A stretch of 64,000 nt of DNA from the human T2T-CHM13v2.0 reference genome, Homo sapiens: NCBI RefSeq assembly GCF_009914755.1, contig NC_060944.1; one strand, given 5' to 3'. Of this stretch, positions 53,389 through 64,000 are shown piece by piece. Under the pieces are notes generated by a model that saw only the letters and a list, made by a program, of their open reading frames with translations, searched no databases and was not told the origin of the DNA. How positions within the stretch are numbered: the stretch's first letter is position 1; each line of letters begins with the position of its first letter. The position numbers and the translations under genes were made by a program.

Positions 53389-54078
53389 CCTAGGAAGACA
53401 CACTTTTCATTTGTTTGTTGTTTTTTAATGTAATCTATAGTTGAGAGACACCCTGCCCCACCTAGGTGTGAAGCACCTCGCTTTACCTGGAAGGCTGGGC
53501 ATATTTAAATACCACTCCCCTGCACGCTTATTTGTCGCAGAGTGGTTAATGCTCTTTAATTGGTGCAGTAAATATTCCAGAGTCTTCCTTGTTATGCCGG
53601 AGTCATTTAGAAATCAGCCCTGAAATGTGGCTGCTATTTTAGGGATCATCACACATCATCTGCTGTTTGGTGTTAAACCCTGAGCCGCTGTTATTTAACA
53701 CTGATTAATAAATGGCAGGTTGTCAGTACCGGCAGTGAAGACACTTCAAGGAGCCATTGTTCTTTTAAATTAAAACATTTAAACATTTAAATCCAGGGCT
53801 GGTTCTCATGGCTCGTTTTAATTATTCCTTTTGTCTTGGCATACCTTTCTTCTCCTGATCACACAGCTGTCACGCCAGCAGTACCTGGAGTCGGAACACG
53901 ACAGCCCTTTCCCTATTAGCTGCCATTATTTTCTCAAGGAAAGCTGGAAGCTGCTGGAGCAGATGTTAATTTTGAGAGAAGACTGCTGGCTAAGTTATTA
54001 AAATGAGCGCATCCGAAGGCTGCGACTCATATGATTTATACGCGGGCAGGGCCTGCAGGACCGGGTCTTGCTTGGCTC

Positions 54079-55769
54079 TGTATGTGTGTGTGTGTGTGGA
54101 TCTGTGTATGTGTGTCTCTCTGTGTGGTGTGTCTGTGTATCTGTCTGTCTCTGTGTGTGTGATTGTGTGTATCTCTCTATGTGTCTATATCTCTGTGTGT
54201 CTGTGTATGTGTCTGTGTGTGTGTATGTCTGTATCTCTGTGTGTGTGTCTTTGTGGATATCTCTGTGTGTGTGTCTGTGTGTGTATCTGTCTGTGTGTGT
54301 GATTGTGCGTATCTGTATATGTGTCTATATCTGTGTGTGTCTGTATCTATGTGTGTGTATCTTTGTGGATATCTCTGTGTGGTTGTCTGTGTGTGTATCT
54401 GTCTGTGTGATTCTGTGTGTGATTGTGTGTATCTCTATATGTGTCTCTGTATGTCTGTGTGTGTATGTCTGTATCTATGTGTGTGTGTCTTTGTGGATCT
54501 CTCTATGTGGGTGTCTGTGTATCTGTATATGGCTGTGTCTCTCTTTGTGTATTTTGTGTGTGTTCATGTGTATCTATGTGTGTGTCTCCGTGTGTCTTTG
54601 TGTGTGTATATGTGTGTTTGTGTATCTGTGTATGAGTCTTTGTGTGTGTTTCTGTGTATCTGTGTGTGTCCATGTCTATGTGTGTCTGTGTGTGTATGTA
54701 TGTCTGGGTGTATATCTGTGTGTGTGTCTTTGCGTTCACCTGTGTGTGTGTGCATCTGTGTGTACATTTGTGTGTTTCTGCATGTGTGTGTCTGCGTACA
54801 TCTGTGTCTGTGTGTATATTTGTGTATCCGTATGTATGTGTATCTGTGTGTGTCTTTGTGTACATCCGTGTCTGTGTGTATATTTGTATCTGTGTGTTTC
54901 TCTGTGTGCATCTGTGTATATTTGTGAGTTTCTGCATGTGTGTGTGTGTCTGTGTGTGTGTCTGTGTATCTATTTGTATGTATCTGTGTGTATGTGTATG
55001 TATGTGTGGGTTTCTTTGTGTATGTATTTTTGTGTATCTGCACGTGTGTTTCTCTGTGTGTGTCTGTGTATATTTTTGTGTTTCTGCATGTGTGTGTCTA
55101 TGTGTGTCTGTGTGTGTATTTGTGTGTATCTGTATATATGTGTATGTGTGTGTGGGTTTCTTTGTGTGTGTATTTGTGTGTATCTGCATGAGTGTTTCTC
55201 TGTGTGTGTCTGTGTATATTTGTGTGTTTCTGCGTGTGTTTTTGTGTATCCGTATGTATGTGTATCTTTGTGTGTCTTTGTGTACATCTGTGTCTGTGTG
55301 TATATCTGTGTGTATATGTATGTGTGTTTCTCTGTGTGTGTGTATATTTGTGTGTTTCTGCGTGTGTGTTTTTGTGTATCCATATGTATATCTTTGTGTG
55401 TCTTTGTATACATCTGTGTCTGTGTGTATATTTGTGTGTATATGTATGTGTGTTTCTCTGTGTGTGTCTGTGTATATTTGTGTGTTTCTGCATGTGTGTG
55501 TTTTTGTGTATCCGTATGTATGTGTATCTTTGTGTGTCTTTGTGTACATCTGTGTCTGTGTGTATATTTGTGTGTATATGTATGTGTGTTTCTCTATGTG
55601 TGTCTGTGTATATTTGTGTGTCTGCGTGTGTGTGTCTGTGTGTGTCTGTATCTATTTGTGTGTATCTGTGTGTATATGTGTGTGGGTTTCTTTGCGTGTG
55701 TGTTTGTATGTATCTGCATGTGTGTTTCTCTGTGGCTGTGTGTATCTCTGTGTGCGTGCACGCATGTGT
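54079..55769. repeat. ~1.7-kb degenerate (TG)-rich microsatellite with ~130-bp higher-order repeats
   Basis: TGTGTGTATCTGTG-type motifs throughout; GTATCC(G/A)TATGTAT anchors at about 55250, 55380 and 55512 (130-132-bp period). Confidence 0.96.
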
Positions 55770-57684
55770 TGATGGAGCATTTTCCCTTCCCATCTTGGTG
55801 CTTGCTACGGGGAATTCTTGTCCCTAGTCTTTTTTCTCCACTCTTCCCCCACTCCCTATTGCAAGAATCCCAGCCTGACCCTGGCCACCTCTGGCCAGGG
55901 ATTGTATTCGAAGACTGTCAGGAAGCTCTGGAATCAATTGAGCTGGGGGACCCCAGCTGAACAATATCCAGGAACCAAGAGGCCTGTGGAGAGCCAGGCA
56001 GGGCCCCAGCCATCCCCAGGCAGGACAGCATCAGTGCTCAGAGTCTGACTCCGAAGGAAAGGTCCACTTGGCCAAGCCGAAGGCATGAGTTGTTGCCCCA
56101 GGTCTCTCCTTCAAAGTGAGTGGCCATAGCACCCCATGCCAAGACCAGCCACAGTGAGGGCCCTCTGAGGCAGGCGGGGCATGGGAGTGCAGATGATAGG
56201 AAGGGTGGGAGTGATGAAGAGCTGGGCAAGACCGATGCCCCTCAAACCTCCCCTGGCTTCCCTCCGGCCCCTCCTCCCCCTCTCCCCTCCCTTCCTCTTC
56301 CTTCCTTCTTCCAACAGGTCAGCAGGAGGCAAAGGGACCAAGGCCATTCTACTTTTAGTTCTAGAGAAGCAATTTTCTCACCAACTTCAGAATACACCGG
56401 GTTTGTGTTATATTTCACAGTGCTCTCGATTTTTAAAAAAGGAAAAAGAAGTAAAGCCATGTTGCAGCATTAAAGGTAGAGACTTGCGAGACCTTTCCCA
56501 GGATGTGACGTGCTGGCTGGACGCCACGGTCCTTCGCCCTTTCCTGATTTGACATGGGGAGGGAGGGTTCCCAGCCCATCTGAGCTAGTCCTCCGCGCAG
56601 TCCTGAAGGAGGCCATCTGTGGGCCAGTGCCTGGCGTCCTTTCCTCCAGAACGCTGGCCCTGGAGCCTCCCATGCCCGCTGGTGGATAGCAGTTGGTTAC
56701 AGTGTAGCACACATGGCAGTGAAACTGAAACCACAAGGAAACTGTGGGTGCGCAGTTGATTTAGAAGTGATGATTCCTAGGTCCACTTTAAGAAAGACCA
56801 TGAAAAATGAAATCAGAGATCAAATGTGTGGGTCATACTTGGGAAGGGTGTGTTTTACTAAGATGACCTTGGAACCAGACTGGACTAGCAGTCACTAAGC
56901 AGTGTCAGCCAGAGATAATCATGTAAAATACATTTATTAGACCAAGGCCTACTGCTATTTTCTTATAAACTTATTTCTACAAGTTTGTCTCACTTTTATT
57001 TATATATCTAAAAATAAGTAGGGGTGCAAAAATGTACATAAATACTTGATTAATTATTTTGCTTACAAAATTACTTCTCCAATAAAAAGATTATACTTTG
57101 ATCATACCCATAGTTTAAGTTAAAACAATTTTAAATAAGATCTAGCGTCATACTTTTAAACAAACAGTCTTATTCTATTGGCATCACTTGCACTGTTCCG
57201 TGTCATCAAACGTTCATAGCTGCATAAACATTCCATCTCATGGATTATCGTTCAGCTGATCCGCCTCATCTTAAAAAGTTGGGTTGCTTGCACTTTTCAT
57301 GATAGAAGGTGGCTGTAAAGCGAATTCTTGTGCATGCGTTTTTCACACATCTCTGTTCATTTCCTTGGGGTTGACTCCCAGGACTGAAGAACTAGAATGG
57401 TTTTAAGGTTTCCGCATGTGTTGCTGGTCTGCCCGAAGAAAGCCCAGCCCGCTTATCCATTCATGAGTTTGTGTGTGTCTGAGCACCTGTCTCACCTTAA
57501 CCCAGGGTATGTGTTGGGGTGGAGAGTGTGTACAATTATATATATACCTTAATAAATATATTCAGTTTGGCCAATTTGTTAGGGGAAAATTGTTATTTAC
57601 ACATTTTTATATGTCATTATTAGTGAAGCTGAATTTTTATTGCCAATTGTTTATTGGTCATTAGTTTTTTTCTTTGTAAATTAG

Positions 57685-58365
<681 letters not shown>

Positions 58366-61300
58366 TGAGATGGTGCATGGAAAATTTTAATAAGATGCAT
58401 GGGAAGGGAGGAGAAGAGGTAGGAGCAAGAGTAGAAAAGGAAAAATAAGACTTGGATGGCGAGGACGAGAATGTCACCTTTTGCCTGTATCTTCAAACTC
58501 TATTTTTATTTGCTTTTTAAAACATAATGATGTACAAGACTTTCATTTGGAAATTATATCTTCATTCCATAACCCTCTTTTTTACCTTCCTTTCATCATA
58601 TTTTCCAACACTTTCCCCAGAATTCTCCCTCTTCCTTCATTTTCCTTCTTCTCTTACTTTCCCAACACTCTGAAGCATGAACTTACTTTTTGGAGGTCAT
58701 GGGCTTTTCCCAAGATTCTGCCACCAGCATCCTGTTTGTCTTTCTTGTTCGTCCCTGGGGCTTTCTATGCTGATTTCCATACCTAATCAAGGTAGAAAAG
58801 AACCAAAAGGATCTTAAAAGTGGGTTGGCCCAGGCTTTGCTGGTTTGTTTCAGCCCAGCAGGTCTTTAGACTCCATGCTGGCTGGAAGCCAGTGCCCCAG
58901 GAGACATTTGCACTTAATTCCTTCTGTATCCCAGGAATCACGGACAGCTGGGCACCTTGTTTTTACATTCTGCTGACTGTGAAGAAGGTGCTTTTATAGT
59001 TTCCATAAGCGATGTTTATGAAACAAACCTGCACTCTTCCAGACCGGAAAGGTATTATGCGAACGTTTTATGAGCAGAATGTAGAAATTAATGGAGAAAA
59101 ACTACTAGAAATTTGGGTCGTTTGATGTTGTTTGCTACTCGCACCCAACAGAGTACGGTTAATCATACATCACGGCACAGCCTCCTCCAGTCTCCTTCAT
59201 AATGTGTTTTTTTATTTCCATTTGTGTTGGGGGTTTTGTAAAATACACACATTGTGCTCTCTGGGAAGATAATGGGTGTCTCTGAAAGGACAAAGCGGAC
59301 TCTGATTTAGTCGGCTCTGTGCTGTGATAGGAGCAAGAGGAGTTTTTTGTATTGCATTATCACCATTCTGGTGGTAGAAAATGACTTAAATAGACCTAGC
59401 CTCCGAAATCGTCACTGTGTTAAGCCTTGTTATGATGAACTTTTCCTCGCGTGCACGTGCAGTTCTGTATAATGAATATACAGATAGGCACCCGCGCATC
59501 TGAGGTTTTCTTTTTGATACTCTGAAAAGGCTATTCTTTCTTTTTTTAGGCCAAACTTCGAGGTTAGTGATGGGGAAATAGCAATAATAATAATAACAAC
59601 AGCGTGAAAAATAAAATCGAAAAGCCCTGGCATATTTAAATTTTGATTAGAAGCCAGCTGCAGTGTCTGGATTCTACAGTAGGTCAAGTTAAGGGGCTGC
59701 TGGGTCCTGAATATTCAGACTTTTTCTCTACTTTTTAAAACCTGGATCCACATTAACTTCTGTCACTTCACACACAGCCTCTGGGGAAGCAGTTGGGGAT
59801 GGGATGGCACCTGCCCACTGTGTGCAGTGCCAGGGGCTGGGTGAGGGTGTTCAGGCTTCATCTTTGCTGCTTCAAGGGGCACTGGTGCCAGCCACATTAG
59901 CGTTTTAACCCAAGCCAAGGCTGTCCTCAGAGGCCCACAGCATGGTGCATTTATCTCCACGGGGGGGCCGAGGGACCTTGAAACCAAGGTCAGTGTGGAT
60001 GGCTAGGCCAGCTGCCATTGGACCCAAGGAAAGGGGAAATTAAAACCATTCATTTACATATTCCTGATTCTCATGTTTGCTCCCAAGCTCTGTGCAAAGG
60101 CTAGCCTCCACTCTTCCCGGCAGCTCCACTCCCTGAGTCACTCCGCTAATAAGGACTATCCAGCCTGCCTTCTAGTCTCTCTCCGTAGCCTGTGACGTGG
60201 GGATATTTTGTAATCAGACGTATAGTCCATCTTGCTTAAATGGTAATTTGTACAGTCTCCTAATAGTGTATGAAGAGAAGGAGGAAAAGAAAGAATTCCA
60301 ACTTTTATTGCTTTGTAAAGATCATTTTAACAGTAGTGTATGTTGATGGTAGAGAATTTAAAAAAAAATGGATAAGACTTAAGAACTTGAAATCACCACT
60401 GCTAATATTTTGATCTACAAATACCTTTTCTAGCCTTTATCACTAACTCTACAGAAGTGAAATTATACCAAATACTTTTGGTTTTCTCCTCAATGTACCC
60501 GTATACTGAGGCTATTATTAGACTTAATTTTCTATACCATTTTTAAGAGCTGCATAGATTCTGTGGTATTTTGTGGTACTTCATATGGTAATTTCCATAA
60601 CCAAGTTGGAAAATATGCTTTCTTTCAATTATCCTGTCATCAGATGGGTAAAAGGCACTCACACACACTTTGCTTTTGCAAAACCAGCGAGAACTCTGTG
60701 TTCCCTTTTGGAGCAGGTGCCGTTTGCAGCACTGCTGGCCTCTGCCCCTGACTAATCTCAACCCTTATTCAGAATGGAAACTTGAGGGTATGTTAATTTC
60801 TACAGTGTTGACAATGATGTCATTACAATCAAAACTATCTTAGTGGATTCTTTTAAGTCTTCTTGAATGACCTTCTGTTCATGAATGTTTAACCCAAGTC
60901 TGGTTCAGGGCTGTCTCTGTATGACTCACCTTCCTGGGATAATCCTCCAGGACAGGGCCTTGGTGGGACCCCAGCCTTCAAACTTCTGGACAGTTGAGAC
61001 TAAAGGGAAATGATGCTTCCAAGAGGGGCTCAACAGGACCCACAGATCCAGCCTTACACACATGCATTGGCCCAGCCATGCAGGGAAATAGAAACAGTTC
61101 TCCCAAACTGTTCTCCATGCCTTTTTAAGTCTGTTTTCACAGCAGTGGGGGCTGAGATGCTGTGTGATTTGCACCAAGCCTTAACCTCTAAAGATACAGT
61201 TTATTTCATCTGTGCTGGGTCTTCACTTGACAGAGGATTTATTAAGGAAGACTTCAGATGCGAACGGCTGCTTTGATATTGAAATATGCTTTCGGTTTTG

Positions 61301-61390
61301 CAAATACGTTTGAGGTTCTATCTATGTCTATTCCTATTAAAAGCTCAGTTCCCTCATCATTGTCCCAAACCGAGAAGGTGTCTGAGCTTG

Positions 61391-61671
61391 CTGTGATAAG
61401 ACAAGGACTTCTCAGGGCCTGGATCCACAGCTCCAGGATTCATTCAGCAAACTGCTCGGTGGCCACTGTTGTCAGGACACTGGGTTAGGGCAGAGAGAAC
61501 CCTGCTCTCCAATGGAGAGAGTCTGCTGCTGTGCTCCAAGAGTGGAGGTGGCTAGAGCGGGGTTTTCTCTGCTCTAACCCAGTGTCCTGACAACAGTGGC
61601 CACCCAGCAGTTTGCTGAATAAATCCTGGAGCTGTGGACCCAGGTCCTGAGGAGTCCCTGTGCTATCACAG
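61391..61671. repeat. Long inverted repeat: 118-bp arms, 45-nt spacer
   Basis: 61391-61508 is the reverse complement of 61554-61671 with 11 substitutions and no indels (~91%). Confidence 0.95.
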
Positions 61672-62099
61672 AACACCAGATAGCCATGATGCATCTGACA
61701 CAGTCCATTTGTGAGGAAGTCCACAAACCTGGATCATAAGCCTCCATAGAGAGGGGCCTGGAGGCTCAAGAGAGCGGAGGGTGTTTTGTGGGAATAGATG
61801 CTCACCAGCTTTTCTGAGCTTTTTCCCTCCCTCTCACGCCCCCCCCCTCCTTCCCTCCGTGTCATCCTGCCACCTGTGCATGTTTCTTCAATAGAGTCTT
61901 GAGTAACTCTATGATAGAGAGCTGTGCCTGGTGCTGCGGAAGCCTGATGGGCATGATACTTGGCACCTGGCTTCAAAAAGCGGCTGCATATAAGGAGGAA
62001 ACGGCACGGACCACCACGGAGCATGTGCGTCTCAGCCACGTCAGAGTGGTTCAGAGTGCTTGGCCTCACGCAGACCTGGCTATGAATCTCAGGTAGGAT

Positions 62100-62230
62100 T
62101 GTTGCTTACCTGAAGCCACATCTTCAAAGCCTCAGTTTTGTAATCTGCAAAATGGGTATAATAATACCGTTATATATCTTAATCCTATTTCCAAGATACA
62201 GGCAAGCTAACAGGTTCAAATGAGAAAATG
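62100..62230 (+). mobile_element. MIR SINE fragment
   Basis: AGCCTCAGTTTTGTAATCTGCAAAATGGGTATAATAATACC. Confidence 0.65.
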
Positions 62231-64000
62231 CTTCTGGGGCAAAGCCTGAAGTGGCAGCATTTCTTCCTCTTCTACCTTCCAAGTAGGTCCTTTGCTTACT
62301 GGGTAAAGGGAAGATCGCCGGAGCCCTGAGAGTCTATGTGGACATACCTAGGAGAGCTGGGGTCGCCAAGGAAAACTGTAGAAGGTGGGAGGGAGGAGGG
62401 CACTAAAGAGAGGAGAGGGGAAGGAGGAGGAGGGGGTAGGAGGCTGGGAGGAAGGCCTCCAGGGTGGACTCTGGACAGGGCAGGAGGGCTCCCTGACCGT
62501 GGTGTGCCAGGGATCCCAGCATACAAGCTTCCATTTGTCTCCAAAAGCCTGATCTGCACAACATAAATGAGGAGGGATGTAGAGACTTCCCAGCTCTTCT
62601 CATGCCTAGGCACTTAGATGATTTAGGGAGAAACCACTGGAAAATTAATTATCCAGATAATTGCCTAACACTTAACTTCACTTTATAAAATGGAAACTTG
62701 ATTGTGAGTCTTGACATCCACCCCTTCAGTGTCCTTCAGAAAACAGCTGTGGCCCCTTCCTGAGAACCTGGAGCATTCGCGCTTTTCCTTTCATTTGTGG
62801 ATTGTGACGCTGGCTCAGCCTGTGCTTGGGCTCCACTGCAGAGTTGCGCGGCTGGTGGAGGCTTGTGCTCAGGTTGTAATAAAGCAATAGCCTTTCACCT
62901 TCCCAGGCCGGGCCCACAAACAGGCAGGTGGCAGACTTACATGTTGAGTTCCAGGTGTCTTTGGAATTAATCTCGTGTCAGAAAATTATATGAGATGATG
63001 CCTGATGCCTCTTGTCCATAATAGATCTTAGTCCCTCATTTAAGGATTTCCTTACACTGCTTGATAGAGAAGAAAAGCCAGCCTTAAGTAGCTTTATGTA
63101 GGGAGCTTGATTTCTGAAAAGATTGCTAATCCTAGTGGGAATTTATATAAAAGCGTTCAGACTCTGCAGAACAGCCACGTTTTCGATATTTATCAAATGC
63201 AGCTCTTCTTGTGTGAATAATGCATTCTGGGGCAGGCTTGGTAAATTGCTTTAGTTAATGAATTTCAAAGGTAGAGATGGTTGTTGAAGCATCTCATCTG
63301 GTGAGCTTGCTGTTTGAGTTTTGCTATTTATTCAGTTTTTAAATTTTTCCAATTGTTGAAGAGTTTTCCCACACCGTACAGAAGTAAGGCAGGGAAAGCA
63401 AGAGGTGTGTGATTTGGTTGATTCTTCACACTTCATCTTTGTGATGCATTTTTTTTTATGTGTAAAGGCCTTGCAGGCCTTGTGATTCAGACAGTAAAAC
63501 CTTGAGAAAGTGGCCCCTGGCAGGTGGAGAAGATATGAAATAGGGGAGTGAGACAAAAACAGAAAACTGAGTGACACTTATTATGTTTCTCAGCTTTTCC
63601 ACCATCCATTTACACCACAGCCCTGGGTTCTAACCAGTCTGCCTTCTTATAATAACACACTTAATAAAAAGCATAGCTGGTATTTAATCTTGTAACTTCT
63701 TAGAAGTTAAACTAGTGATGTGTCTTCTCCTAAGTTAGCAGTATAGAAAAAGCTTCTATTAAGAAGCAAATAAAGAAATGAAAATCAAACTTCCTGGGAA
63801 GTAATTATATGAGTTTATAATAAGCCATAAGACATTTGAAAGGAAGGGGAAAAAAGCCAATGAAAGAGTGTATTGAGGATATTAAGTAATTTTAATGTCA
63901 CCATTTGATATCCAGGAATTTGAACAATTTATAGTTCTTGAAATTGTCAAATTGAAGCATTCATTTTTCTGTCATGGGAGCAGTGGCAGTGATGGGGGAT

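Noticed and set aside
54068-55960. 630-aa ORF and overlapping Cys/Val or His/Thr-rich ORFs
   Set aside because: These are translations of the TG-rich microsatellite; low complexity and stop-poor by composition.
56670-56692. CTCF-like motif (minus strand CCACCAGCGGGCAT)
   Set aside because: Mismatches at conserved core positions; expected by chance in GC-rich DNA.

Overview
This is primate, most likely human or other catarrhine, non-coding genomic DNA. It carries 12 near-full-length Alus (J, S and Y types, several with target-site duplications) and many old mammalian repeats: MIR, L2, L1M, MaLR/ERVL LTRs and MER DNA transposons. It also has an unusually dense set of minisatellites and degenerate microsatellites. 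No protein-coding exon, RNA gene or CpG-island promoter can be supported. The long ORFs are artefacts of stop-free tandem repeats, Alus or GC-rich sequence. The overall pattern fits a large intron or gene-poor stretch in a GC-rich, probably distal chromosome band, but I cannot name the host gene. Repeat family names come from recognising consensus motifs by eye and need RepeatMasker/Dfam confirmation. The most notable items are: (1) a 118-bp-arm, ~91%-identical inverted repeat with a 45-nt loop at 61391-61671, built on an L2 tail, a candidate hairpin-RNA or cruciform locus; (2) minisatellites that arose from old transposons or multiply transcription-factor motifs (NF-kB-like x12, CATCTG E-box x~42, GC-box/AP-2/CCAAT module x6); (3) scars that look like templated DNA repair (39244-39420, 29041-29100). 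I see no convincing evidence for a wholly new multi-gene system.
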